From the NCBI GenBank assembly GCA_030704615.1, contig CM060733.1:19654001-19718000 (forward strand): DNA of 64,000 bases, read 5' to 3'. The translations under genes were made by a program, and so were the position numbers. The notes under the pieces are model-generated. The model did not search any database. It was not told the origin of the DNA and saw only the letters and a program-made list of their open reading frames with translations. Origin of the DNA: Takakia lepidozioides. Taxonomy: Eukaryota; Plantae; Bryophyta. The stretch's first letter is position 1, and each line of letters begins with the position of its first letter. Shown here piece after piece: positions 23,944 to 37,985 of the stretch.

Positions 23944-26900
23944 TGCTGAAGAGGGGAGACAGTCTGTGGCTGGCTCCTTCAAATAGTAAGCGATGGGGGG
24001 AGCTTTTCTTTCTGGCATACAGCCCGGTCTGGATTACAGTGTTACTCGGAGTTGTCGTCCCCCTTCGCCTCTATGAGGTGAAGAATCTCTTACATGAAGA
24101 AGTTGCTATCAAATGTTCTATCTCCTGTACTCTAGCAGCAAGCCTGATAATTTTGAGCTCACGGCTCCTTTTACTACTACTGATTATTCAGCGTCCAAAG
24201 CCTAGACTGCTTTTTGAAATTTTCAATAAAAACCATGTGTTATCAGTTTAAGATTCCAAGTCGTATTATATATGGATGAAACTATTGCAAATTTCAGAAT
24301 ACTTGGCACAGGACTGGGTGATGACATCTGCTACTTTGTTAAATAGTAGCATTTGGACATTCTGGGCTTACAAATCTCAGGACTGTGTAACCTATTCTCC
24401 TTTGTTTGCTTCTGTTCTTACCCTCGCCCGAAACATGAAGAGACAGAGATGAAGAGTGGGTTGGATGGAGAGGTCATGGAACTGACGGGTATCCAACTGT
24501 TTGGAGATCTTGGAAATGAAGACACCCTTAGCAGTATTGCACCATTTGAAGGGTGGCATTTTTTATTGAATCAGATCCTGATGGATGTATGCATGGGTGG
24601 ATGTGTTGCTCCTTTCCAGTACAGAAGTTCCAGGAGCTGGAGTACCTGCTTCTCGGTCTACTCACTGCAGCTCCTTGCATCATCTTCCCATTCTTCATTG
24701 TTGGCGCTGTATGAGCTCTCTGTTTGCCCTCTCTTTTGCAGTTGATCACTTGTCAATTTTATTACCGTGTTTCCTCATATATCTATCCTGCTCTGTGATA
24801 TGGTAGTCTCTACAAAAGTTTCATCAACTATCCTTTGAGTATGAGTACCTGTTTGACTGCCTAGTACCTGATAGGTGATTAACTGTGTGCAGGAGGATAT
24901 AAGAAGGCCCTGGTACAGACGCTACTGGTTCAAGGTCTGAATTCTACAGGCTGAATAGTTGAGCTGCTCCGTGCTTGTATAGAGTAGGTGACTGATGGTA
25001 ATGGATGTGTGCCTTGCACCGGAAGGTCTCATAGCGGCTGGCAGAAACTTACACAGTGAACTGTCCGGTTTATCCTTGTGCATTGGGATCATCCTCTCTC
25101 TGTCATGGGAGAGACTGATGCAGCTAGACAAAGAGTTAGATGCGCATGTAAGTTCAACCCTTTGTGACTGCAAAACTGATGTCAAAGCATACACGACAAG
25201 ACATAAGTCAGCCTGTTCAGGATGGAGTTGCATGTTCCAATCATAACGAATCTGGTCCGTAGTGGAGTTTTTACTTACTCTATCAGCAAATGTGATGTTG
25301 ATTGGCCTCATTCTAGCAGTACGTGGTGAGTGACATGTTCTCTTCTGTGTCCTTGAAGTTCATTGATAATACTGGAGCAATACTGCTTCTCATGATCAGG
25401 GATGCTGGATGCATGGGTGACAGGCCAATTTGTGGATTGCAATATTTGGATATGTGGGCAACTACTTCTGGACCCATTACTTCTATGTTGTGCTGGGGGC
25501 CACCTACACTTTCCCTTCCTATAAACTCAATCATGTGAGTGAAACCAGGAGTTATAAGCGGGACAAGAGAGCGAGAGGAGCAAAAGAGAGCTTTAGTATT
25601 CAGACACTCATTTGAGGGTGCTCAGCTATTGGAGCAGATGTTCGGCGTGTATATCTTGTGTGAAAAAACTCTAGGCATGGTCATATTTTAGTCTAATATG
25701 GTTTCCTCTTTCTGATTTATCATTCAAATGTAAGTTATTCTGCATTTACATGGATATATAACGTACTTACCAGCAATTTTAGCCTGATCCCCGTTTCTAC
25801 ATATTCCAGGTGCCCCTCACAACATTTTTCTTGACGCAGCCATACTTTCTTTTATACCACTCTGTCTCAAATATGACCCTCCGGAGGCTGAGGCATGCCA
25901 TTCAGGTCAGATCTGCATTATACTCCTTGGTGCAGTTTCCTTAGATTGGGAGTTAAAGTTGGATACTTCTGGATGGTTAGACTGGGTTTCATCTCCTGCA
26001 GGCATGTTCCCTTGACCTACTCCCGTCAACTTCAGGGACCGGGTTGGTGGGGGACACACCCAAGTGTCCAGTCAGTTCAAGGCAAGGCTTCAAGGCAAGG
26101 CACACGAGTCTTGATCTGTATATCCGAAGTTGGACTACTTGGTGGTTAAAAGTCAAGTAGAGTGGAAGTCTACCACTTAGTACACGGACAATAATACCCT
26201 TGTGCTCATGGGGTAGTGATATTCTAAAAGTGGTGGACGTTTTTCTCTCAAGTACATGGATCTCTCTCGTCTCTCTCTTTATAATTCCCTCAAGGGTTTC
26301 ATATTTTCTCAGATATTAAGGGGCATACATTCTAATTGTGAAAGTTCCTCAATGTGGCCATGTTTATGTGAATAATTGCAGCGTGTGCGAGGCCGTTTCT
26401 ATAGGTGGCTAATCCAGGCTGTATGGATTGTCATATTGGCATATGTAACGGCGTTGATGGAAGCTGTCACCATCTCCAATGTGAGTTATATTGTGTCTTG
26501 ATGGTGAGTTTGGTGAGCTTCTCAATGTGACTTGATGGGAGTTCCTCTCAACCCTGTGTAGATGTTGAGAGCAATGGCCTCCAAGACTACCATCAACTAT
26601 TCTGCAGCCCTGTAGGTTTACACTTTTCAAAAGTTTGGATGTGGTATCATTACAACTGGTGGGGTTGATTCTTTCTGCATCTAGTAGGGCATGCCGGTTG
26701 GGCAAAAGAGGCAGGCCACTAATAGGGCTTGGGGTGGATTGCAGTTTCCGTATTATGAAATGGTCGACCGCAAGGCCATGTACAAAGTGGGGTCTTTGTT
26801 CTACGCCTGCTACTTCATTGTCAGCTTTCCCATGTTCATGCGGTAGTGGACTTGCTCCCACCCTCTTGCTGTGATGACACCTTATCTGCAATCCTACAAT

Positions 26901-27448
26901 ATGCTAGCTCCCCAAGTCTGGCCTGTACCTGCATGCATGGACGTATCATAAAAGTTTAATAGGTGGATCACCAGGTTGTTTTGTGTGAAGCTTTAGGTCC
27001 GTTCACTATGAAACCTATGCTAATGTGGCTGAGGTTGTGTTTGCATGAAACCTTCCAACAAAGTGCCCGGAGCAGCCACTTACTGCTACCTTAGCCATAA
27101 TTAGAGGGTGTGGCAGTGAAAGCCCCAGTGTTGGTATGCTTGAGGATCTCACTATGTGCAATTTTGACAACTGTTTGTAGGGTGGACGAGCATCCTCACT
27201 ATGCTTGGACTCTAACACAAGTAGCAGTTGATTCATTGGGGGCTTCAATGCTGGTCACCATCATACTAGACCTGTGGCGAATTGTAATAGGTCCAATTGT
27301 GGATATACCATGGGCGGCGTCACAGAATGATTGTGCACAGTTCGGGCCCCCCTGGCTCACAACATCGTCCAACCCAACTGTTGTGAAGAACTTTGGACAC
27401 TTGTCCACTGTTTCTGGAAGACCAAACTGGAGTGTTCCTGAGTTATAG
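23944..27448 (+). CDS. CPI1: Cycloeucalenol cycloisomerase (cyclopropyl sterol isomerase); start-codon exon not resolved
   Basis: In-frame GT-AG exons 23944-24077 (SLWLAPSNSKRWGELFFLAYSP), 24625-24708, 24893-24934 (RYWFK), 25424-25534 (ANLWIAIFGYVGNYFWTHYF), 25810-25905, 26382-26480, 26745-26842 (FPYYEMVDR...FYACYFIVSFPMF), 27181-27448 (AVDSLGASMLVTIILDLWR). Confidence 0.93.
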
Positions 27449-28926
27449 ATTTCCTTTCCTGCAGGATCCTGAAGGGTTTTATCATATTTCTTGCTCTTGG
27501 TCTCCAGTGGAGGCCTTGGTAGCCTTGACATTCCTTTATGTCACACAAGTGCGCAAGAGCAGCAATTAGCTGTTGGGCCACCTGCAAGGTTTGTTTTCTT
27601 CATGGATGCAAACTGCAGGTGATGGAGGCTCCTGGCTCACCCATTTCTTCCAGAGCAGAAAGGTAGAGGCTGTGGTTTTGGGAGAACAATTGGTACTCAG
27701 TTGCAATGTTGTAGGAATGGTAGAGCAAGACTGGCACCCTTTTCAATAGGACTTTTGTGATCGAATCAAGTGGCAAAATGTCTATCTAGAAGTCATCAAT
27801 TGTAACTCTGTCCCTCAAATGGAGGAACCATTGGCAATTCTCTTCTCTAGATGCATTTACATAGACTGGGGCTCTTTTCCTGCTGATGAGTCTCAAATCT
27901 GGAATACAGATCAGAAAGCTGGGTGTGTGCCGTAGTAAACTTGCGATGAGTTATTGAACCCATACATCTGGCCAGTCAGGCAAGACGCCGCGCACTTTGA
28001 AACTATCATTGGTTTGACAGCTGGATGGAATCATAAATCTCTCCTTGGCTTCAGGAGTTGAGGGTGGAGAGGATTGGGGGGATGAGATGAGAGTTGAAGT
28101 CGGAAGCTGTACAGGAAGTTGGATGGAATTATAAATCCATCTTTGCTGCTGAAAGCCCTAACAAGAACTGGGGAATAGAGCACACATATTGGAGATTAGA
28201 GACACAGCCACAGCATGATTGACCCAGATAGATTTATTATTCCCGCAAGCATAGATGTGAGTATGTGCGTGCTTCCAAACTTGTCAAGCTATCAAATGGT
28301 GCCAATTGTAGATTTTCTTTTCCATCCAACTTTATATACAACTTTCCCTGCAATTTGGTTTCCATGGCTTCAATTTCAACTCCCAAGGATGATGCCAGAC
28401 TCAAACACGACTTTCCCAAGGACTCTGGAAAGTGCCACAGATCAAATAACTGGACACAGTTACCCCTTTCTGTAGTTGGGTTAGCTATGATGGGTGACAT
28501 CCAATGATCCAACATACACACCTCTGTGGCTTTGAACTTGTGCCCTAATCACTGGGCCATCCCTTTGTTGGATGTTGAGAGGTAACCGACCCATCACGTT
28601 GGCCAATTCACTCCACGACCATCTCGAGATCACAAAGAAACTCTCAGAAGGTTTTCTCATGAGCGTAGATCGAAGATAGAATGAAGTCAGTATTCTTATG
28701 AGACAACGTTGGTTGCACAGACACACAAAGCATGCATTAACAAATCAGATGTTTTTTTTCTGGCCTTGTACTCGTGTATTCATACATAGTCATATCTCAC
28801 AGTGGGCGGGGATAATGGGAGTTTGGATTTTATAAGTTATGCGCAGTTGGTCAGTTCACACATGGTAGATAGATTGTAATGGAGATTTGATTCCAGTCAG
28901 GGAGAGCGCGTGAAGGTGGTGCAGGG

Positions 28927-31900
28927 ATGATGGCGCCTTCCACTCAGTCTGACGCTGCTGGTGCCCTCGCAGGTATGTGTTTTCGGGGTTGTTGGTCTGT
29001 TCGTTGTTTGTTTCATGCTGATCTCATGATGGTAAGGAGGGCCTTTGTTTTCCTCCCTCTAATTACTTTACAAGTGGTACGTGTAAACCAAGAAAGCTCT
29101 CTCTCTCTCTCTCTCTCTCTCTGTGCATGTATGCTGTGGATACTGTGCCAGTAGAAAACTTTCATCCTGAAAGTTGCCCCCACCAAGTTGGCATAGTAAA
29201 GGCCTTTTTCCGGTCTCTCTGTGCTCTCTCTCCACCCCTGTGGCTGCCCCTGCTCTCGAGGAGCTCGTTTCCAGCCTGTCATCCTATTTGCTTAGAAGTA
29301 TGAAACACAAGATTGCAGTTTTGTCTCAAAGTAGGGGCTAGAGGACCGGGTTCGGTGTCATTTGCTCGGGCTCGTTATTTATGATTGTAAACGGAAACAT
29401 GCAATTTCTTGCACCCTACCCCTAGATGAAAATGTGTTGCTTGAGGTTTTGAAGATTTGAATGATTGTCAGTGCAGCTCGGACGAAGGTTGCAAAAGTTT
29501 TGAAAGCTGTGAGTGATGGCAACCTCACCATTTTCAAAGGTTGGTGAAATTTCCCATTAGCTTGACTACTGCAGAAGTCGCATCATGGTTTTTCCTCTTT
29601 GGCACAGTAATTTCCAAATTTCTGTCTGTGCGGCTGTTAGAGACCCATAAAGAATCAAATTACAAATGAACATCGGAAACTCAGGAACCAGTGAATTATG
29701 CAAAGCTCGAGGAAGAATTTTCTCCAATACTAAAAAGAGAGCTATGAGGTGGTTGGTGGCAGATGCGGCATCGTCTGTTGAGGAAGGGCAGGGACTGGCA
29801 AAAGCATTATGTGACTTGAAAGATGCCAATGGCCGAGGCTCTCTCCATTTTGCCGCCCGTGGTGGGAAAGATGAGCTTTGCAAGTACATGCTGGATGACC
29901 TGAGACTTCCTGTGGACCCCAGAGATAATGCTGGTATTGTCAGCATGCTTTTATAAGCTTGAGAAATTGGTCTATCAGAGTATCCCCCCAGCACCGATGT
30001 CCCTCCCTGCCCCTATTTTGTCATTCCCTGGGCCTCACTTGGACTGTGACATTTGCCTTTCTAGCTGGCTTTTTATCTTTCTGCTTTGTTTGTATGCCCG
30101 TGCCTGTGGTACAATGAGTCCTCCTCTTTCTTTCCCTTGGAGTTGATCGTGTCGCCTGGGGAGGGCACAGGCAGTGGCTGATAATAGGGTCACATGCATA
30201 CAGGCGATACTCCTCTCATCCATGCTGCCCGCCAAGGCCACTTTTCCACTGCTCAATGTTTGATCGAGCACGGGGCTGATCCTTCTTCCTCTTCAAATGA
30301 TCTTGGGGCAACTGCATTGCACCATGCTGCTGGAACAGGTCGGGCTTTCTACCCCTCCATCAATGTTCTTTTTGGTTGACTAGGTTTGTGGTCCGATCCC
30401 TAACTTGTCTGCACCCCAAAGATTTTGAACTGTGGAAGGACACCCTATTTGACTTTTCAGTATTCATCATGGTTTGTATTGTCTTGCACCATCTTAACAT
30501 CCACCCTAGGATATGTGCCCTGGACAACTTGTCCACCAAGTTTTCCAAATTGTTTTGAAGAGATTGAGGTAGTTCACGTTCTTGTCATGCAACAAGAATA
30601 TAGTCTCTGATCAGAGTATATGTAGGGATGGTAGACTCTGACAGGTGGATTCAAGCAAACTCTCATGTATGATTAATCTGCTGTTGTGTGATAGGTTCGG
30701 TCGAGTTGATACACCTTTTACTGAATAAGGGTTTGAGTGTGGACCATCCCAGTGCGGCTGGCTCACCATTAATTTGGGCGGCTGGCCATGACCACCCCGA
30801 AGCAGTCCAAGTCCTCTTAGAACATGGTGCCAATGTATGTTCTCCTAAATTTACTTTGAGTAATGTTACAGTGTATTTGTTATATACAGATATCTCAAGA
30901 CCCTTTTCACCTTTTTACATTGTAATTGATAGCTGGTGAAGTAGTTCTCCCAAAGATATCTAGATCTTATCACAGTTGGTTCATATAAAAGCGAGGCCTT
31001 CAGTCTGGTATCATTGGTTGCTGACACTTCAGATATATGTTGCTTGTAATTCGTGATTGACTCTCTAAGATACAAGGCTACAGTCATGTTTGGTCACTAT
31101 GTTTTACAAATTCTTTTTGGAACCAGCTTCTTTTTTCTGTATACATGTGCCCTACAATTTTTTTGTTTCTGTCACCTCTCAGATGTAAATTGAAGGAGTT
31201 TTACTCTGCACTTAAATTGATATGTTTGTCTCCTTCTGCAGCCAAACATAGGGACTGAAGATGAGGTGACCCCTCTACTGACAGCAGCTGCAGCAGGGTC
31301 TTTGGAGATTGTAGAGCTTTTACTGCAGGTGTGCACTTCTTTATATGTTGACAAAAGGGAGATGGTTCTTAGCACGATGTAAACTGCGTGCTTGTAAGGC
31401 ATGATAGCATACATTTGGGCACACCATCAGCTCAAGTCTGAGAGGAACGTTCGACAGACAGCCTAGTATCACAGCGTTGTAACTACATGGTCCTGGATTG
31501 AAACTGAGACAAGCATAAATGGAAATTACTTGTGTACTCAACTCAACCTGGAGTGTCATCGCGAAACTCATCACTAATAATCTGGGATACATATGGTTGA
31601 TCATTTGGGGTGAAAATACAGCTGTGGAAGACCAGTAGGGTGCATAGGCAACTTGCAATTTGTACCACCCAGCATGTTTTTAAGGAGTAGGAATTTCCCA
31701 GCCTCCAAATTGGATGCTGTTTAGGCTGTGGTGGATATAGGAACACATATCATGTGCCCTTTCTTGTCAACAAAGTTGGAAATCGTAACATGTAGGAAGG
31801 TGAAGCGTCCCGTGATGAGATTTACAGATTTGGAATTTTTTTCGAATCAACTGTCACATGAATAACCCCAATTCCTTCATATCTTATACCAACCCTGCTG

Positions 31901-34900
31901 CGTTTCTGCGCCCTTTGTGTAGTGTAAGAGGATCTCAATGTTACTACAGCTGAAGCTACACGGGCAAGAAAATTGAACTATTGCTGAAGCTCTCAGATTG
32001 TTTTGACATTTACAGGTCTGGGTTTTAGTTATGGTTACAGCTTTTTGAATGGTGTGGAAGCTCTCTGTTACCGAGAAACAGGGTGTGAGGCTATGCAGGG
32101 CCCTGGTACAAGAAAGAGGGACGCGGTGATAGGTTATTGTTCAGGGGTCCTTGGTGTTGGTTTTTTGTCTGGGTTGACAAAGGACTAAGTGTACTGGCCA
32201 GTGCAATGGCAGAATGGTGCAGACGTGAATGGTAGTGCTGGTGGGGGAGTTACGCCACTGCATGTTGCAGCTGACAAGGGCGATGAGCGTATGCTGGATT
32301 CTCTGCTTGCTGCGGGGGCTAACCCAAATGCTATTGATGAGGTAACTTTCGCTCTCTCCCTTTCATACCTATGCCACATAGATACTTCCTATCTGCTTAA
32401 ATGTTTTTCCTCGCCACTTCTATCTTTTGGCTTATTCATGCCCAGTGTATGTCGCTCTTAGGGTGATGAAATAAAATTCGCGTAGTCTTATTGCTCTTAT
32501 TAGTGAGCAAAGCTTTCTCTTCAAGATAGAGGCAGAGGGCTATGTTTTGCAGTCAATGTTAAGATGGACACACAACCTTATGTATTATGCAGGAAGATGC
32601 GAAGCCTATACAAGCTGCAGCATTCAAAGACAATCGAGCAATTATTGAGCGTCTTTTGCCCATCACATCTCCTGATCCATCTGTACCTGTGTGGACTGTT
32701 GATGGGCTACTGGCACATGCAGAGCAGTTGGCTGCTGAGGAAGAGGTAGCCTTACACTCAGGGGATGAATATGAGAACACTTATTTTAGATGGATCACCT
32801 AGCAACTGCTTGAGGTAACTTGCTTGATTAGACCGTTTCATGTTAAGGACACGCTACTATTTTATGGAAGGACCTATTGTATTATTGACGGTCAAATATG
32901 ATCTAGTTCCACAAGGGTTTTTTTCTGTGATGTGTTTTATGTCAGGCTGCATATCGGCGTGAGGAAGAGGAGGATGTGAAGAGCAAGGCAGCCAAGACAG
33001 AGAAACCTAAGCTAGTTGAGGCATGACTATCACCATCCACGTGTTATGTGTGCTAGCATCTTCCTCTGTCATCTTCCCCAATTCCCCTTACATTTTTGTC
33101 CGGTATTTTTCGGATGCTTAATGTGAAGGTCATGTGTCGCCCTGGCTTGATGCAGCCAACTTTCGCTTGGGCTTTGTCTGCCACGCTTTATGAATTCGTT
33201 TAAGAAGTTTCATGTTGGGTTTTATGCTGGACACGGTCTGACATCCACAATTGACGACCAACAGGGAGTTTAGTGTTTTCATGAGACATTTGTCCCTCTC
33301 CTCCTGGTTGTTGCAACTAGAACCAGTCTGCTTGAAGTAACATGACAGTGTAGAATGATAGGAGCTTTATTATCGACCTTTCTAAGAGGGACCTCTATAT
33401 GTACTTCGAAGAGTAATGTCTAACCTGCTTCAGTCAACTTGGAGGGGAAGGTATGATATGTCATGTTTGTTTACTCTATGGTTAATTAGTGTCTTTCCTA
33501 GGTTTATGTTTTCATGGTTGTTTTTGGTTGAAATCTTACAGGTTACACCTGACATGAAGCTAGAAGCATTCGAAGCAAAGGCTAGAGGAGATGAGGCATT
33601 TAAGAAAAAAGAGTACATGCTTGCAGTAGATGCCTATACACAGGTCCCTCTCCCTCTCTTCTCTTCTCTTCTCTTCTCTTCTCTCTCTCTCTCTCTCTCT
33701 CATCCTGGGCCCAGAAGGCTACGGCAAACAATGTTAGACACACATGTTTAGAGCAGTCTTGACTTTATCTCTACTCTGGACTGAACTTAATTGGGTTTCA
33801 ATGTTGTTCAAGTGTTGTACTTTCATGTTATCGCTGCAAGTGAAGGACCAAGTCCGGTAAACCTTAACCATATGCTTGGTGTGTTTCTAGTTCACTTGCT
33901 GAATGGTTTAGGTGTGCTGATGACAGGCTATTGACATGGACCCCACCAATGCAGCACTGCTGACCAATCGCAGCCTGTGCTGGGTACGGCTAGGACAGGC
34001 AGAACAGGCACTGGTCGATGCCAAATCAGCTCAACAATTAAAGCCCGACTGGTCTAAGGCCCGCTACCGTGAAGGTTCAGCATTGCGACTTCTCCAGGTT
34101 GTACTCATATTTCTGTTTATTTACCCCTCTCTCTCTCTCCCCAGAAGTCCAGAAGAATTGACCCTGCTAGATGAAGCTGACCTGGTGGTTGTTTTTTTTC
34201 CTAAATCCGTGGTGGATGCCCCAAGACTGTCCAATGAAAGTGAAGTTAGGTCCTTGAACTTAATTCCAGTCTGTGACATGGGTGAGGATGATCTGAAGGG
34301 CCTACCTACCCTCGGCACTAGACTGAATTTTAAACTCAGGGCCTACCTTTGAACAATAATCAGATGCAGAGAGGAAAAAGGAGATTGTAATTGCACCATG
34401 TGCAGGCAGCCTGAAGACAATATCCACTTTGTGATACATTGTCCGGGGTATTCTTACCAGAGAATGACCCACTTCAGGAACATCAAGAACATTGTTCCTG
34501 CACCTCTGCTCACCAACTTCGAAAATCTCGAGGCTGAGCCTAAAGCCTCCTGTTGGGGTCTAATTGCTGGCAGCTCACACACAGCAGATCGACGCTTGTG
34601 TGAAGGGCTTTAGAGAGGATATTTGGAAAGCCCAAATTAATTGTTTATACCATTGTGAGTCCCATCACCGGAGTGCACAAAGGTAGTGTCTGTTCCCTCT
34701 TGTTCCTCCCGAACTGGGCGCAGGGTCTATGGCCACAAGGCTACAGCAAACGTCTTATGAGTACATTCTCTCTCTCTCTCTCCAGATTGACTGTCTAAGA
34801 ATGCTACATTGTCAGCTGTCCCACAGCAAATTAAACTCAGAAGTTCGACCCTTCCGTGGTTGGAGAGCTACCTTAGACATTGGTGGTTCAATGATGGGCT

Positions 34901-36246
34901 CAGGGAAGACAGTCAAGGATGGGGTGGGCAAGGGTCTAGAATAGGACAATGTCATTGGGCCTTTTTCCGAGGATGAGCATGATTCCAACGGCAAGCGGCT
35001 TATCAATTGCCTGGAAGAGCTTCAGCTTTTGACCTTGAATAATAGCTGAAAAGCAGACTCTTTGCAGTGGATTTGTGAAATATTCCAAACTGGGGAACGA
35101 TCCATTGAGGAATATATAATAGTGGGTAAGGAAGCGTTTCCTCAGTGTGCCAAATTGTTGGTTGATAGAACAGATATTGGTAACATTGTCTGGACAGATC
35201 AAATGGTGTATTCTTAACACCAAGATCCGTGAAACGTTCTATTCGAAAGTGGAGCATAGAAAAACTGTGGGGAAGAGGTCAAATTGGAATTTGTCAAGGC
35301 CTCGAAAGAGGCTCTCCCACGCTTTATCAAATCCCTCACCACGGTAAGTCCCACTACTGGAGTGAGCCCCTCACAAAGGTAGTATTCTCCTCTTTTGCTC
35401 TGCCCAAAGTGAGCGCAGGGTCTATGGCCACACGGCTACAGCAAACATTGTCTTGTGGGTACATTCTCTGATAGGAGTTACCCAATTGTACTCCATGAGA
35501 ATTGGAGGCAGAAAATGATCCAGGGCAGGGTCCTTTGTCTTTGAGGACCAGAAGTGCTTAGCAGCTTACCTGCATGAAGCATGCAACTTCTGTGAAATGT
35601 TCTGGGTTTGATTTTTCTATAGTAATGGAGGTTCTGCTGGGTTCTTTGGTTTTGTGTTGTTGGAATCTTATGAATAGTTCAATTGCTCTAACTAAGTGTT
35701 TGTGCGTACCTCTTGCAGCGATTTGAGGAAGCAGCAGATGCATTTTACTCGGGGGTTGTACTCGACCCAGAAAATAAAGAGCTGATTGATGCTTTCAAGT
35801 AAGCCCTCTTTTATACCATCTCTCACACAGACTTGTGTGCACTCAGCGTATTAATGCAAGAAGGCCCAAGCAAATTGGAAGTAAATTAGAAGTACCACTT
35901 TCTGTGGAGCTGAGGCCAGACTGTGTGCACAGGTCCTCCAGACTTTCCACACCCACACAAAGGCAAGGTAACATAGTAGCAATGAGAACGAACCCCCTTT
36001 GTTCTTAAGAGGGTCCATTGTTAAGTTTTGTCAACCTACACTTCAGCAGAGCCAGCAAAGAAATAAAACTTCATATTTTCCTCTTTGAATGGTCTAACAG
36101 TCCTTTGTTTGGTTTATTGACATACTTTCCTCATGGACATGTTTTTATATGATCGTTCGGATTTCATCTTTCACTCATATCTTAGGGATTGCCTCTCTGG
36201 CAGGGAAGCAGTGGAAGCTGGAAAAAGGTTTCATGGGACTGCGTGA
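28927..36246 (+). CDS. Ankyrin-repeat + C-terminal TPR protein (similar to Arabidopsis TPR10-type ANK-TPR)
   Basis: 13 in-frame exons: 28927-28972, 29477-29539, 29763-29933, 30204-30338, 30695-30834, 31242-31328, 32213-32341, 32593-32745, 32946-33020, 33542-33643, 33927-34097, 35719-35798, 36204-36246. ANK motifs (GDTPLIHAA, GATALHHAA, TPLHVAA) and TPRs (AKARGDEAF...AVDAYTQAI...NRSLCW...REGSALRLL...RFEEAADAF). Confidence 0.92.
34140..35469 (+). mobile_element. Two tandem truncated LINE remnants in ANK-TPR intron 11 sharing a 3' tail
   Basis: CTMC...EDNIHFVIHCPGY (LINE C-terminal zinc finger) at ~34393-34450; DSNGKRLINCLEELQLLTLN (endonuclease-like) at ~34981-35040; shared tail gcgcagggtctatggccac(a/-)ggctacagcaaac...gtacattctct at ~34718-34770 and ~35413-35469. 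Confidence 0.7.
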
Positions 36247-37922
36247 TGGTCCTCCGAGAGTCGGGGTGGATAAGCATGCCCCACCAGAACAGAATTTTGA
36301 GTCCCATGGCATGGTTACAACAGTCTTTGACTGCATGCAGGAAGAACTTTCTAAGGAACCAGTCATGGAGAGATAAATCTATTTTAGGTCACGGATTCCT
36401 GTGGAACTTCAAATTGTAGCTAGCTCTATTTCCCAAAGGAAAGGAGATACTTCTCTCAGAAAAAGCTGTTGACCACACAGTCCATGACAATAGTGGGAGG
36501 TACGAGCTCCAATAGCTTTGTATGACTCTGACAACTTAGTAGAGTTTACTTAACAGTGGTTCTGCTGTCAGAAATCAGTATTACTGGACCACAAGCTTGT
36601 TCTTGCTGGCTCTTGATTCGAACATTTAATTGCAATGGATGTTATCTGTGTGAAGGATTGACAACTACAACTGATGTGCCAGCTCGGCCTGCTAACCCAT
36701 TTTGTGGCATTCACAAGTGTCGAAAGTAAATGGAGTTCCATTACCAATATTTTGTGAGAGGGTGTGGATGGCGACCCTAGTTTATGAGTCCCAACTTTGT
36801 GGACTCCAATGTGCATACACAGACAAAACACATTAGAAGAACTGTTTAGAAAAAAATATTGCCTTGTGCTTATATGTAAATGTGCTAAGTCGAGGGACAG
36901 AGAGCATCTTTTCCGTCTTTTGAGGATTCCACGTACATATCTAGAATTTCATGTTATTTTATCAATCTAGTTTTCGTTTTTGGAGTCGCAGTCACAAACA
37001 GAGTAGAGCTCTGAGGACACCAGCTAGTAGGAAAGGATGTGGCGGCGCGAATGCAACATAAGGTTGGTGTTTGACTTTGTTGAGATCAGTGTTGAGATCA
37101 GCACTCGTCAAGGCTTCCAGGATAGCTGAAACAACGTTGACGGAGATCTCGGTTTTGCTGGGTCCCAGTCGGTACGTTGGTGGCTACTTCAGTCGACCCG
37201 TGAAATCTGACTCCTTGATGGGTCATTCAGACACAATGGGTCCGCCTTTTAGAGTGATTGAAGTAGTTTCTTGTCTCTCTCGTTGGCCCCATCAGATTAT
37301 AACCCCATGGCTATCTACATTGGCTTTGTATGCAGTAGCGGTGTCTCCACTGAAGCAGCACTTGAACCTGATAAGCTCCTGACGTGCCTCTGATCTGTTT
37401 GGACCTAGTATAGATCTGTAGTTCAAATCCTCTTTTCTTTTACCTGAATTGCTGATCTCAAGATCATCCCAAGTATGGGCCTTTCACCTTTTGTAAGCTT
37501 GTCAACAATTGGTGCGAACTGCAACACTTCCTAGACTCTCCTTCAACTTATCGTGCATCACTTCCTCAATTCCAGGTTTATATCGTGTGCAGTTTTCGTC
37601 CACACCTAACCACAGACCTGCCAAATTTCATTGGACTTTCACATCATGGGCCCTTTGGCCAGAGCTGATCAGCGGGCGGTCAGGCAGGTGCAGGGACCAG
37701 CGGGCGGAATCAAAGTTGACCACGGATCAGGGCCTTAGCTGATTTTTTCAACCTGCGCCTCTAAGACAGTATATATTTGGGTTACATGGTGTGCGGCAGT
37801 CAAAACTTTCGATGAAAAGGAAACCCTGTTATTCTTGTCCTGCGCAGTAGACTACAGAGCTCTAGATAGGTCGGAAAGATATGTAAATCGGAAAGAAATC
37901 TTTTCACATGGTTAATGCAGAA

Positions 37923-37985
37923 GAAGGCCTCGAAGGGAGGGCGTTCCTGGAATCACTCCAGAAACGCCCTCCCCTCGAGGCCTTC
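37923..37985. repeat. 29-bp inverted repeat (hairpin) directly upstream of a TATA-like box of the P450 gene
   Basis: gaaggcctcgaagggagggcgttcctgga-atcac-tccagaaacgccctcccctcgaggccttc, two mismatches; tatacataaat follows at ~37989. Confidence 0.85.
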
